The notes: generated by a model from the letters alone, not told the origin. Shown: positions 1 to 13,985, counted from the stretch's first letter. The stretch: DNA of 64,000 bases from Amoebidium appalachense (GCA_963693365.1 CAVNZM010000016.1:3065957-3129956), one strand, 5' to 3'. Program-made: numbers and translations.

Positions 1-1
1 C

Positions 2-94
2 GGCAGGTCCTTTGAGAGCGCACCGGCAAACGAGGGCGTGCAGGCCGCACAGGTCATCAGCGATGCACTGCACCACATGAAGAACGGCCAGTAG
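2..94 (+). CDS. 3'-terminal coding exon fragment of an unidentified gene (…GRSFESAPANEGVQAAQVISDALHHMKNGQ*)
   Basis: GC3-rich open frame from the window edge to TAG at 92-94, followed by a UTR-like stretch and AATAAA at 263-268. Too short to identify. Confidence 0.55.
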   Translation, partial: GRSFESAPANEGVQAAQVISDALHHMKNGQ

Positions 95-825
95 ATATTT
101 ACATAGTGCATATATAGGTTGGATAGTTTGGTGGTGGATGGAGAAAGCACGTGCAGGTCACGTGTCAATGCCCGTAGGTGTCCAGTAGTAGCTTGATTGT
201 AAGTGTATGGGTGGTGGTCTGGTAGGCCACTGCAGTCCCTTCTTTGTATGTCCCTGATTTGTAATAAAACGAATACGCACATGTGCGTAAACTCTGGTCC
301 GTTGCAACCATATCACAAATAGCTTCTGCCTTTAGTCGCCCCACATTTTAGGGCGAGTTAGTGTTGGGTTGTCTTCATAGCCCATTTGGGGAATGGGGAG
401 TTGAGTTGGGGGGTGGGGGGTTAGGGGGGGGACACTTCGTTTGGGTGGGTGGGGGGGGGGGAGGGGGGGATGGGGGGGGGAAGGGGGAGTGCTCCGGAGG
501 GGGACACAAGTTGATTAAAAACTGGGTGTGCGAGGAGGAAAGGGGGGGGGGGGGGGGGGGGGGGACGCAGGTTGATTTGGAGCGTGTGTGTGGGAGAAGG
601 GGGCGGGGGGAGGGTATAGGGGTTCACAAGTGATTTAGGTGGTGTTGTGCTGGTGTCGATCGTGCACGTGGTGGATTGGGCGCGTAACGTTGCGTGTCCA
701 TGTGCATATGTGGGTATGTGCGCATTTGTGTGTGTTCATGTGTGCGTGCACCCTTGCATGCATTGGTGCGTGTGTCCGTGCCGTGTGAGTGTGTGTGCAT
801 GTGTTCGTGCGCTCGTTGTGTGTGG

Positions 826-827
<2 letters not shown>

Positions 828-907
<80 letters not shown>

Positions 908-932
908 GCGCGCGTGTGTGTCGTGTGTGTGC

Positions 933-967
<35 letters not shown>

Positions 968-1080
968 TGTGTGCGTGCGCACGCGCGCTCATGCGCACGC
1001 GTGTGTGTGTGTGTTTGTGTGTGTGTGTGTCCGGGCATGCATGCACGTGCGAGCGTGTGTGTGCGTGTATGTGTGCGCGT

Positions 1081-1123
<43 letters not shown>

Positions 1124-1163
1124 TGTGTGCGGTTGTGTGCGTGTATGTTTGTGTGTCTGTGCC

Positions 1164-1196
<33 letters not shown>

Positions 1197-1254
1197 TGTG
1201 TGCGGTTGTGTGTGCGTGTGTGCGCGTGTGCATGTGTGTGTGTGTGCGCGTGTG

Positions 1255-1323
<69 letters not shown>

Positions 1324-1348
1324 GCGCGCGTGTGTGTGGTGTGTGTGC

Positions 1349-1379
<31 letters not shown>

Positions 1380-1490
1380 TGTGTGCGTGCGCACGCGCGC
1401 TCATGCGCACGCGTGTGTGTGTGTGTTTGTGTGTGTGTGTGTCCGGGCATGCATGCACGTGCGAGCGTGTGTGTGCGTGTATGTGTGCGC

Positions 1491-1533
<43 letters not shown>

Positions 1534-1571
1534 TGTGTGCGGTTGTGTGCGTGTATGTTTGTGTGTCTGTG

Positions 1572-1607
<36 letters not shown>

Positions 1608-1661
1608 TGTGTGCGGTTGTGTGTGCGTGTGTGCGCGTGTGCATGTGTGTGTGTGTGCGCG

Positions 1662-1733
<72 letters not shown>

Positions 1734-1786
1734 CTATGTATGTGTGTTTGTATGTATGTGTGTTTGTGTGTGTGTTTGTGTGTGTT
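828..1786. repeat. (GT)n/(GCGT)n compound microsatellite with a ~416-bp higher-order tandem duplication
   Basis: The landmark TAAGCGCGCG recurs at 905 and 1321. GCTCATGCGCAC, GTCCGGGCATGCATGCAC and GCGGTTGTG then follow in the same order in both copies. Confidence 0.9.
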
Positions 1787-2139
1787 GCTCTACGGGATGT
1801 TGTGGGGTGCAAGGAGCAGGGGCGCTCCGTAGTGCTGCTGGCCTTGCGGGCGCATGCTAGCACCAAGTCCTGACAAGACACCGTTCATGGCAGGCAGGGT
1901 CGCAGAACAATTGCAAAGCTCACGCCCAGTGCTGATAAACATTTTTCAGTTACTTGATTACTTACTTTTCGTAAAATATCTTGCAATATTTAAGGAATAA
2001 GATAGATACAGGAAACCTGCAAGACAGCACATGTGATTGTCTATTGTGGGTTAAAGAAACTGAAAATCTTACTTTGGGGGGAACACAGGCAGTTCAACCG
2101 GTCTGAACTCTTAAACTCTCCACCTCAGTCGGTGTTGGC

Positions 2140-2277
2140 CAAAAGGGTTTCTCAAAATTAAATCCATCGAAGCAATCTTAGACTTTTGTTGATTCACGGC
2201 CTTCCAAATTCAAAAGGGTTTCTCAAAATTAATCCATCGAAGCAATCTAGACTTTTGTTGATTCACGGCCTTCCAAA
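2140..2277. repeat. ~70-bp direct tandem duplication
   Basis: CAAAAGGGTTTCTCAAAATT…GATTCACGGCCTTCCAAA starts at 2140 and again at 2211. The copies differ by two 1-bp indels. Confidence 0.9.
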
Positions 2278-3255
2278 ACCAATTTACCACCATCCCACCA
2301 GCAGGAGCTTGGTGGCTTTTGTCCCTTTCCTTGAATCCATCCAAACCAACACACAGTGATTTCTTTTGAAATCTCGGGCCCTACTTTCATGCTTGTTTGT
2401 AAACCCCCCCCCCCCCCCCCGCCCCCCCGCCCCCTCCACTCCTCCTCCTTCCCCCTTTCCCCCCCCCCCCCCCCCCCCTCACACACACACACACTGCAAA
2501 CACACTTACCCGTATATTATTATACTAAGAAAGCGACCCCCCCCCCCCCCCCCCCCCCCCCTTCCCCCTTTCCCCTCCCCTGGCGCCAAACCCCCCATCG
2601 TTGTGACCACACCTGTCCGTGCGGTGACTGTATTCGTGCCCACCAGCACTCGGATTTGGGGCAATGGTACTTGTCCACCCCGCCCCCCCCCCCCCCCCCC
2701 CCCCCCCCCCTGCCTCCCTCAGGCAGAGATCTCTGGAGAAGGTCTGAGCCCCATAAAAGGTCCAAATCAAACATGGTTTACTCCCCCCCCCCCCCCCCCA
2801 CCCCCCTCCCCCCCCCCCCCTCCCCCCCCCCCCCCTCCTCCCCCAACCAAAAAAAAAACAAAAAAAAAAACAAAACCTCCACTCTGCCTTTTGGCAAGCA
2901 GACCGCTACTGCTCCATCCTCTACATTTGCAAAAATTGCCTATGACCCTTCGTGTGGGTCCATGCATTGCCTGCCGGCCAGATGCAAGCCACCCATTCTC
3001 CAAAGGGATTGCAAGGGGTGAGTAAAAAACAAACCGCAATGGCCATCACTCCCCTCACCACCTCCCACGGTCATCGCTCTCTTTTCAAGCCTCTAAAAGG
3101 AACTACAAAATCAGATTTGGTGACTGGAAATTTATTGATCTGAATCCTGCATAAGAAGCCTTTGGAGCTCCCACAGACACCACCCCCGTCATTCCCTCCC
3201 CCGCATCAATGCCCCCCTCCCCTCCCACCCCCCACCCCCCTCACACACAACACAC

Positions 3256-3295
<40 letters not shown>

Positions 3296-3878
3296 AATAC
3301 CTTACCGTCATCATAGCCGACTATGTATGCAAGGCCTAGCCCCCCCCCCCCCCCCCCCCCCCTCTCCCCCCCCCTCTTCCCCCCCTCCCCTCCCTCCCCC
3401 CTCTCCCTTCTCCCTGTCCACGTCGCGCGCACATTAAGTGCCACCCCACCATCAGCTTATATGCGCACAGACTATGCACGAAGATGGTAGTGCCCCAAAC
3501 ATGCGCCACCCGATGTAATTCAAGTGGCTGTTCAATAAGTGTATCCCCTACAGGCGTGGCTGGGGTAGTATTCCTAGGCAAAGTGTGCACTAATAGCTTA
3601 ATAGTTGGTTCTGTGAATGCTCAGCTGAGCACATAAATAGCACCCTAACTAGTGTACTGTCGGGGTTGTGTGGTAGACGGTAGTTTCCTCGAGGACATGC
3701 AAAGAGGCTCCGGGAACAAACGTAATGAAATAATAAAAAATACAATGAGTGTGCTGTTGTTTGGCGAGGCCTATAGAGTGCACAAGCGGTGGCCGAGCAC
3801 AGGTTAATACAAGTGGCCAGTAGTAGGTGCGCGAATGGCTGCTGCGTGTACTCTTCTGGCCGGGGAGGGGACCCGGGA

Positions 3879-3912
<34 letters not shown>

Positions 3913-4460
3913 TTCTCCTGGAGTAAGCGTTCGGGATTTATGTTCCAAAACTTTGATTTTTTTCAGAATCTTATAATTTGTTTGGTTTTCGAGCCTCAGA
4001 TTCCGATACATACATACATACGTGTCTATAGAGCTCGAGCCTGGCGGGTCCAACCGCAACATCAAAGAGAAGGGAGACCGTGAGCAGGAAGGGCATCACC
4101 CACCCCGTTCTGTCAGACAGGTCAGCGTCCGTTGGATAGGATCTCCTGTTGCTTGGTCGCTGCGCATTCTGTACATGTGCACCGCTCATGTTTACGTATG
4201 CTTGGCCGGCTGCGCAGATGCAGCATGCACCCTGCCACGTGCACCAGTCCCTCCTGCGCGTCGCGGTGTTTTCCCTCCCGGAGCCGCCAAGACAAATTCT
4301 GATGATTTATAATTGGTTGCCACTGAATTCGAAGAGAAGATACGATTGTTGAAAGGTAAGAAAAATGAGTTTTCAAGTCTTTATAGAAGCACCTTTGTGA
4401 TGGCCTTGCTGCAGCCCTTGCCGCGCCAGAGGGAACTCGCGGGATCTATCATATAACATT

Positions 4461-4570
4461 CCTATTGGCTAATAATCATTGCATAATTTTGCATTCAGTG
4501 TGCCAAGAATTAGATTGGCTATCACGAGCCAATAGCAGGAGAGGTAATCAAAAGCGCTTGCGTATATAAA
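4461..4570 (+). promoter_or_regulatory. Putative GNAT promoter (CCAAT boxes and TATA box)
   Basis: ATTGG at 4464 and 4514, CCAAT at 4529 and TATATAAA at 4563-4570, about 70 nt upstream of the ATG. Partly conserved upstream of the pseudogene copy. Confidence 0.55.
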
Positions 4571-4637
4571 CTCCGATCATTCAAGTGTACGTGCTATAGC
4601 TCAGTACAAACAACAGCCCGCGCGAGCAACAAACAAC

Positions 4638-5327
4638 ATGTCCACCCATCTAGTCCCCCTCTCCAACCTCTCCCAGGCACACGTGCAAGCAACACAGCAA
4701 TTGCTAGTGAACGCATACCTCACATATCCCCTGCAACATTGCATGGCGTCAGACCCACACACAAAAACAACCCTCATGAACATATGGGAAGACACACACC
4801 TCAAACTGTTCCCTCAGTATTCATGGGTCCTTGTGCACAATTTATCTGAGGAAGAAGCAAAATATGGTGATTTCCCACCGGAAAACATCGTTGCCTACTG
4901 TGCAATAGGCAAGAACACCGACCCAGGCATGCACCCCTCCTTGTGGTCTACTATTCGCAACGGTTTCTGGAAGCTACCGTTTGCCGTTGGCCTAAGAACG
5001 ACAAAGAGATTCTTTGACCTTCTCGCGCTTATTGACGAAGGCAAGAGGCTTGCAGCAGAGAGTGTGCACGAGGGAGAGAGGTGGGATATTGAGGCAGTAG
5101 CAGTCAAGGCTGGGGAGCAAGGCAAGGGGTATGGCAGTGACCTGATGAACATGGTGATGGATGTGCACAGGAAGAGGGAGCGTCTGCCGTTTGTGCTGGG
5201 CACAGACACGGAGAGAAACGTACGTTTTTATGGCAAGCTCGGGTTTGAGGTCATCAGGGGGCCGGTGGAGTTGGGGGTTGCAGACGATGGTCAGCGGTTG
5301 ATCCACTGGGACTTGATGTGCCGTTAG
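4638..5327 (+). CDS. GNAT-family N-acetyltransferase, intronless, 229 aa
   Basis: Non-repetitive ORF with the acetyl-CoA-binding motif A (IEAVAVKAGEQGKGYGSDLM) and motif B (TERNVRFYGKLGFEV). Confidence 0.9.
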   Translation: MSTHLVPLSNLSQAHVQATQQLLVNAYLTYPLQHCMASDPHTKTTLMNIWEDTHLKLFPQYSWVLVHNLSEEEAKYGDFPPENIVAYCAIGKNTDPGMHPSLWSTIRNGFWKLPFAVGLRTTKRFFDLLALIDEGKRLAAESVHEGERWDIEAVAVKAGEQGKGYGSDLMNMVMDVHRKRERLPFVLGTDTERNVRFYGKLGFEVIRGPVELGVADDGQRLIHWDLMCR

Positions 5328-5722
5328 CAATGTACGTACGATCTACTGGCCCAGATATCTTGTATTGAGATAGGAACTGCGATACTAGCTAGGGACATCA
5401 CTGGTACGACTTTGTTTTATTGAGGGGTAGCTATAGGGAAAACAAGGGCGGGTTTGGGCGGCTAATATCGAGAGAGAAACGACCACGGCTGGTACATATT
5501 AATGAATAGGAGTCGGAGCCTCGGGAGAGGCGTAGCCTAGCCTGCACCAAGAAGCACTCCGTATTCGAGTCCTTGGCCAATCTAAACAGGTTTGGGCTCA
5601 CATGGATAAAACCGTCTAGACTTCTGATAGCATGGTTCCGGGAAATATCATTAGTCCCCTCCTCCGCCTCCCCCCCCCCCCCCCCCCCCCCTCCCCCCCC
5701 CTCCCCCCCCCCCAGAAAAAAC

Positions 5723-5764
<42 letters not shown>

Positions 5765-6130
5765 ACCTTCAAGCCCAACCCACCTAACCCGCCACCCGGG
5801 AACCCAACCCCGACCTCCCGCCCCTCTTCACGGACCTCCCGCCCCTCTTCACGGACATCATTCACCACAGATGCGTGGGCTTAACTTTTTTTTAATAAAA
5901 CAACTATAAAAGTAGGGATATCCTCAGCACGGTCGGATAATTATCAGGCCCTCGTTGATATCGCTGAACTTTTCCTTCTAACCCAAACCGGTGGTCGCGG
6001 CTTATTTTCTATGCATCAATGTATTTGTTGTACGTGCACAAGTGACTGTCTTTGCTTTCTAAAAACTGCATGTGCACTGAATTGCATCTCACAGCCAACC
6101 ACCACTTCCATTAAAAACATTTTCATGGTT

Positions 6131-6173
<43 letters not shown>

Positions 6174-6884
6174 GGGCCCCCCATCCCCTCCCCCCACCCC
6201 CCACCCCCCATCCCCTCCCCTTCAAATCTCCTACCGGAGAATTCCTATGCCATTTAGTTAATGCCTTCTTTAGAGTATCTGGTGGTAGAATAAATGTTTG
6301 ATTCCTCGAATTCGAAAAGTACCCCACACTGCACAACTATCAAGGCAAGCACAGCCCACACCTACGTGGATCTCTGGGTCCCATTTTTTGGCAACTTATC
6401 CACACACCCGCACTTGCTCTGCGCAACCTCAAAACAGACCAGAGCACTTTGCTCCCACCCTCACTCATCCTACGGTGGCAGTGACCGGGTGCTTTTAGGG
6501 AGAGGGGGTGCCCCATGCAAATGCTGTTGTGATCAGATTCTGGTGTGTGGTCTGATGCTGACGGGGATCTTGTGCCCCTCCGTGTTGCCAATTATGATTG
6601 AACGGTAGTCACGTCAGTAGGCAGTAAGCACGTGATTTCAGAAGCAGCAACACATACACGGCAAAAGGGCCATCGCATCTTGCAGCCGGATTGGTGGAAC
6701 ATCCGCTGCAGCTGACTCGGTTTGACATGTCATACCGTAATCTCGCATCTTGGTCCGCTCCCTCCCCCCCCCCCGCCCTCTTCCTCTCCTAGGCTCATGT
6801 TACAAACTCTGGCTTCCCTTTCAGCCTGCACTACCCCTTTGTTCTGCTGTATGGGGTCTACATGGACACTCAAAAACCGAAGAC

Positions 6885-6922
<38 letters not shown>

Positions 6923-7019
6923 AAGCCCTAAAATTGAAATAAATAAACAAATAAAAAGAAATAAAACAATAGAAAACCTTTTTAACCACATCACTGCTAC
7001 CGGCGGTTAAGGACCCCCC

Positions 7020-7073
<54 letters not shown>

Positions 7074-8664
7074 AGAGAGAGAGAGAGAGAAATAAAAGGT
7101 AAAAAGGAAATTCAACCCCCCCCCCCCCTCCCCCCCAAAAAAAGATTTAAAGCAAAGTCAAGCCCCCCCCCCCCCCCCCCCCCCCCCTTTCCCCCCCCCC
7201 CCCCCCCCCCCCAAAAAAGGTAAAAAGGAATGCAAGCCCCCCCCCCCCCCCCCCCCCCCCCCCGCCCCGTGTTTTGCCGTGCCCGTAAACAACGACTCGT
7301 TTGCAGAATACACAGTAATTATTAGAAGGACATTCCCGCTTTGCTTCTCCGGACACCGGCTGCAGAGATACAGGTACCAGATTTGATATTCCGGCAGCGG
7401 GGGCCATCCCATGTGCGCAACCTCGGTTTGGCCAAGGCTTCCGTAACGTTTACTATGATCACTCTATATTCATCATCTCGAATCATTCTGGTGTGTGTGT
7501 GAGTGTGTGTGTGTGACACGTGCTTGTGTGTGGGTGGGGTGGTGCGTGTGTGTGTGGGTGGGTGGGTGGGTGGGTGGGTGGGTGTGTGTGTTTTGCCGGG
7601 GGGGGGGGGGGGAGGGGTACGAGACCTCAGGGGATCTTCCGTGTGTATTTGCGTGTGCGCGTGTGCACGTTTATGTGTCTGCACCGTAAAATCCTTCTGG
7701 TCTGGCCCCCCTTCCGTCGCAGTTTGTGTGCCAATCCCGGCTTTCCCTCCAAATCCCTCCCCCCCCCTGAAGGGAAGTGAAGGCCGTTCCTTTCATGAAG
7801 AAACACCGATCTCCTCATCACTGTTTTCTCCCAAACTGCAATTGTAGCTTCATTTTGCATCCTCCCCCCCCCCCCCCCTCCCCCCCCCCCCCCCCCCCCC
7901 CCCTCCCCCCCCCCCCCCCTCCCCCCAACCCAACACACACACACACATCACTATGTGGACATGCCATGTACCATAGCCTCCGGGCTCTCACGAAGCTGTC
8001 TGGGCTACACATGTCGCATCATTTATGGGGGGGGGGGGGGGGGGGGAGGGAAAGTAGAACCGACTGTTAGACAAACTTCTACATAGTGGCATGCCCCCTT
8101 GTTGCCGCATGGACAGACAAGATGTGTTGGATGGTTGTTGGCTGTCCAATCCACGTCTGCAAGAGTGTCCACCTTCACGCCTGTCTGTCCCCATCAACCC
8201 CATACCCCCCCCCCCCACCCCCCCCCCACCCCCCCCTCTCCCCCTCCACCCCCTTCCACCTCTCCCGCCCCCCACCCTCACCTCTACGTAAACTCGGCCC
8301 CACTTGCCCCCCCCCCCCCCCCCCCCAAAAAAAAAAAAAAAAAAAAAAACCTCCTCCTCCACATAATTACATCGAGGAAACCCTTTCTCCTAATCAGACC
8401 TGCCTTTTATGCGGGGAACAAGCAACCACACAGTCTACGGTGATAAAAAAGGGTAAAAAACTTAAAGTCGAATCGAGGTAAACACAACTTCAAAGTGACA
8501 GGCCTAGGATATGGGGTATGGGGCAACATGCGCCCTTTTTGTTCTCAAGAACCTTCAAGTCAGGTTGGGCCGACTGTCACTGTGGCTCAGTCACTGTGGT
8601 TTGCTGGGGATTATCTGCCGAAGTCGGTGTACAGCTGGCGCAAGCCCGAGCCCCGGAAGGATTA

Positions 8665-8705
8665 TGTGTGTGTGCGCGTGTGCGTGTGTGTATGTGTGTG
8701 TGTGC

Positions 8706-8736
<31 letters not shown>

Positions 8737-8756
8737 CGTGTGCGTGTGCGTGTGCA

Positions 8757-8798
<42 letters not shown>

Positions 8799-9116
8799 CG
8801 TGCGTGCATGCGTGCATTCGTGTGTGCGTACGTGCGTGTGTTTTTTGTGTGTGTGTGCCTGTTCGTGTGTGTGTGCGTGTGCATGTGTGCTTGCGTGCAT
8901 GTGTGTGCGTGTGTGCATGCGTGTTTGCTTGTGTGCGTGTGCGTGCGTGCGTGTGCGTGTTCGTGTGCGTGTGTGTGCGTGTGTGTGTCACGGTGTGTGT
9001 GTGCGTGTGTGCGTGTGTGCGTATGTGCGCGTGTGCGTAATGTGTGCGTGTGTGCACGTTGTATGTTTGCGTGTGTGTGTGCGTGCGTGAGAGGTTGCGT
9101 GTGCTGTGTACGCGTT

Positions 9117-9149
<33 letters not shown>

Positions 9150-9270
9150 TTGTATGTGTGTGTGTGTGGGTCTGTGTGTGTATGCGTGTGTGCACGTGTG
9201 CGTGTGCGTGCGTATACACGTGTGTGTGTGTGTGTGTACACGTGTGCTGCACATCCATGTTTGTGTGTGT
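8665..9270. repeat. Degenerate (GT)n/(GCGT)n microsatellite followed by a G-rich tract
   Basis: Seen directly in the sequence. Confidence 0.9.
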
Positions 9271-9306
<36 letters not shown>

Positions 9307-10148
9307 GGGGGGATGGACGGGGGTGGGAGAGAGAGGAGCGGGTGTGGGGAGGGGGGGGGGGGGGGAGGGGGGGGGTAAGGGGCGGGGAGGGTTAGTCTAG
9401 AACCCGGGGTGTCTGCATCGCTGCTCAGAGTCTCTACAAATCGTGGACCTGATCACTGCGGATCAGCGGCAAGCGTAGGCGGCACTGAGCGCAGGCTCCG
9501 ATTCGACAGCTGAGAGCCAATCGGGACATTCATGAGGTGTTACGTAACAAAGAGTTATCCTGGTATCCCTGACATTTATCCAATCGTACCAGTTTAGTTA
9601 ATATTACGTCACAGCGTACACACGGCATCCGTCGACCATCTTCCAAGTTCCAACTCTGACATCAAAAAAAGTGAAGCCTGAAGCTCTATAAAAAATCACC
9701 AACACCTATATATTTATCCGCCCATGCACTAGCGTGCAGATAGGAGCTGCTTGCGCAGCCCAGGGCGCTGCAGCGCGCGCGCCTCCATATACGACGCTAG
9801 CAGCAGATCCCGAACCATTGCCGTCAGAGAAAAAAACCGGAATGGCATTTTGAACCTTTGTTTTATTTATGAAATGGCGTGTATGTCTTTTCAAGCTTGA
9901 GTTCGTTTCTTTTCCTCTCTGTTTGAGGTGAGTCACAAGTTGGCGTTGCCAGCTGGTCACTTGCTAGGCTGTTGAAGCCTCGTTCCTATTGGCTAACAAT
10001 CATAGCACCCAATGTTGTGAGAAGTGAATGAGATTGATTGGCTAAAAAAAGGGCTGCTGAAATTTAGTATTTAAACTCCGGCGAGCGGTTCGTTCTGTCA
10101 CTTCTGTGATTGTGTATCCGGTAAAAACAGCTTGCGAGGAACAAGAAA

Positions 10149-10813
10149 ATGTCGTTCCATCTAGTGCTCCTCTCCAACCTCTCTCAGGCACACGTGCAAG
10201 CAACACAGCAACTGCTCGTGAACGCATACATCACATACCCACTGCAGCACTGCATGACCTCGAACCCACACACAAAAACATCCCTCATGAACATATGGGA
10301 AGACACTCTCCTCACACTGTTCCCCCAGTACACGTGGGTTCTTGTGCACAATGTATCTGAAGAGGATGCAAAATCCGGTAGTTTTCCGGTGAAAACATCG
10401 TTGCCTACTGTGCAATAGGCAAGAACACCGACCCAGGCATGCATTCTTCCTTGTGGTCTTTCATTCGCCACGGTTTCTAGAAGCTACCGTTTGCGGTTGG
10501 CCTCAAAACGACAAAGAGATTCTTTGACCTTCTTGGGCTCATAGACGAAGGCAAGAGGCTTGCTGCTGAGGACGTGCACGAGGGAGAGAGGTGGGATATT
10601 GAGGCAGTAGCAGTCAAGGTCGGAGAGCAAGTCAAGGGGTATGGTAGTGAGCTGCTGAAATTGGTGATGGATGTGCACAGGGAGAAGGAGAGTCTGCCGT
10701 TTGTGCTGGCAACAGACACGGAGAGAAACGTACGGTTCTATGGCAAGCTCGGTTTTAGGGTCATTAGGGGACGATGGGGAGCGATTGATCAATTGAAACT
10801 TGATGTGCCGCCA
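10149..10813 (+). pseudogene. Pseudogenised paralog of the GNAT at 4638-5327
   Basis: Collinear nucleotide similarity from ATG 10149. Lesions: 1-bp deletion near 10390, TGG>TAG at 10478-10480, ~23-bp deletion near 10770, a second TGG>TGA near 10794, and the original stop changed to CAG. Confidence 0.9.
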
Positions 10814-11099
10814 GCCCGAATGTATTGTCTGCCAAAATTCCTTGAAGTAGACAAGTTTCCTTGAAGTAGAAGTTGCCTCCTTTCTATCTAACAACTGTTG
10901 TAAACCTGGGCCTGTAACGCTCTCGATATATGGTCTGGTCCCAATAGCTGCTAGAGTATCCCATCTCGCACTGAAATTCAATAAGCACATAAGCCGCTTA
11001 AAGAATTATCTGCCCTCCCACCCTCTCTCCTCTATCCGACCTGTCCCCTCCCCACCTCTCCCCTCTTTCCTTCCCTCCCTCTCTCCTTCTTCCCCGGGC

Positions 11100-11704
11100 A
11101 CAAATACAAATAAATCCCGCAAAAGTGTGCGTGTGACTTTGGACTGCCACTTACTTATTAGACATGTACATAATCACAAAATAATTACACAATATAACAA
11201 ATGGAAAAAGATACCACACGACACTAGACCCGATGAAAGCAGACACCTTGAAAAACTAATCCTTATGTCTCGTTTTATATATAATGACCGCCTTAACCAT
11301 ATTGCCGAATATGGCACTCGCAAATGTATGACACCTAAATACATATTACCTTCCTCAGTGTAGAACTGGTCTTTCTCTAGCTGATGGTATCATTGATCAC
11401 TTTCCACGCTTTTACTCACGTGCTCAGACAGTGGAGATCTAATAAGTTTAAGGTGGCATCGTTTACATGCCCAAACAACACACACGTACACCAGTTTAAA
11501 CGATCATGTATCGCCAAATGTAGTTTGATAGACCACACAATACCACAACACACACACGACACGTTCACAACAGACACCCAGAAAGATAGCCTACCTGAAA
11601 ATTACAACGTTAACATCCTTGATTTTATACTAAACACACGTAACTATGACCTGTTTATTAGATGTATTGATTGGCTTGAGAAACACATCAATACAAAATT
11701 CTAG
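11100..11704 (+). mobile_element. Degenerate 3' fragment of a non-LTR retrotransposon ORF, ending directly in (CA)n
   Basis: AT-rich island with frameshifted coding remnants (LRQWRSNKF…FTCPNNTHVHQFKRSCIAKC…NILDFILNTRNYDLFIRCIDWL). These resemble the Cys/His C-terminal domain of LINE ORF2. The stop at 11702-11704 abuts (CA)n at 11705-11819. Family assignment is from recalled similarity, not a search. Confidence 0.5.
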
Positions 11705-11744
11705 CACACACACACACACACACATACACACACACACACACAAA

Positions 11745-11820
<76 letters not shown>

Positions 11821-11846
11821 AGCTGATACTGAGTGTCCCAGGGGAG

Positions 11847-11895
<49 letters not shown>

Positions 11896-12802
11896 AAACA
11901 AAAAACAAAAAAAAACTGGGAACTCAACTCATTGGTTTTCTTATAATCTTTATGGTGCCTCGTAGAGAAAGTAAACCCCGATATATAATCGAGTCACCCG
12001 ACATCTATGTACTTGATCATGATATACCGCTTAGGGGATATTCCGAGCAAAACCCCCCCCCATACCTGAGACTGGTCTCTCTTTGCCTCGAGTAAACAGC
12101 GTAAACCCCTGCATGATTTATGTTCACGTTGTTGCATAGACTCGGCAGTAGGCTCGCTCTATTAAATTTGTACCTTGTGGATCGGCCAATAAAGTGCAAT
12201 GATCCCCTGTATTATTTCAATTTCAGGTCTGGTCACACACCATCGCCCTTGGGTGGGAAACAAAAGCCTAGAAAACCAATGATCACCTGGTGTTTTCTTT
12301 CGCTATTTTCTTTCGTCTTTTTTTCCTTTTGTTTCGCCTTTTTCCCCCTGTCCCTCCCGGCCCCCCTGTGATTTGCTTATATATTATACTAAATGGCTGC
12401 AGACGGTGCGCTTTTGCTACCCACACATCTTCCCGAGTATACAGTCGTAGAGTAATTTACATCGTTTTTACAGCTATGCTATTCGAAGTCTCTTTTTGGC
12501 AACCTCGCCTCCAGAAGTTGGAAACTGCAACCAAAAACATAATTTTGTTGGTATTTAAGGTATTTAAAGTGGATTGGTTGCAAGTCAACAGTTGAAAATG
12601 TACGGCTGGAAATATGGAGGGAAGACGAAAGACAGTAAAGAAATATTTGGAAGGTTGCTGTCGAGAAAAGCAAGACATTCTTTGCATTGATCCATGCGAA
12701 TGACTGTATGTTCTGTGCAATCCTTGCCTGTCACATGGATTCATGTCGCGTGCACCTCGCCGAGATACCTAACAGGACACTGAAGGATGAAGATGGTGTA
12801 CA

Positions 12803-13596
<794 letters not shown>

Positions 13597-13929
13597 AAAA
13601 AAAAAAAAAAGAAAGAAAGAAAGAAAGAAAGAAAGGGAAAAAGAAAAAGAAAAAAAACACACAAGCAGACACAGGAACATAAACACATACAATATCAACC
13701 ACGCACACACTTGCAAAGTTCACACGGATGCAGGCCACACCCTTTAGCCTCTGCAATACATACAAGCTTTCATTGCTGCCTTCCACAAAACGATCATAAG
13801 AGAGAGAGGACAAACAGATGCCAAGAGATTGGTTGGAAAACGGAACCAAAGGGCAAAGCTTGGAGGGATGGAAGCGGGGGGAGCGGGGGAAGAGGAGAGG
13901 GAGGGAGGGAGGGAGAGGGAGAGAGAGAG

Positions 13930-13985
<56 letters not shown>

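Noticed and set aside
347-430. TTAGGG telomere-like hexamers
   Set aside because: Isolated occurrences, not a tandem array.
624-1881. Long HT/CV-repeat ORFs here and throughout (e.g. 8495-9395, 31434-33777, 47434-48783)
   Set aside because: They are translations of (CA/GT)n microsatellites, which lack stop codons. They are open in several frames at once and mostly lie inside introns.
4022-4352. Possible two-exon gene fragment (donor near 4121, acceptor near 4218)
   Set aside because: No recognisable protein similarity, no clear start and an ambiguous frame.
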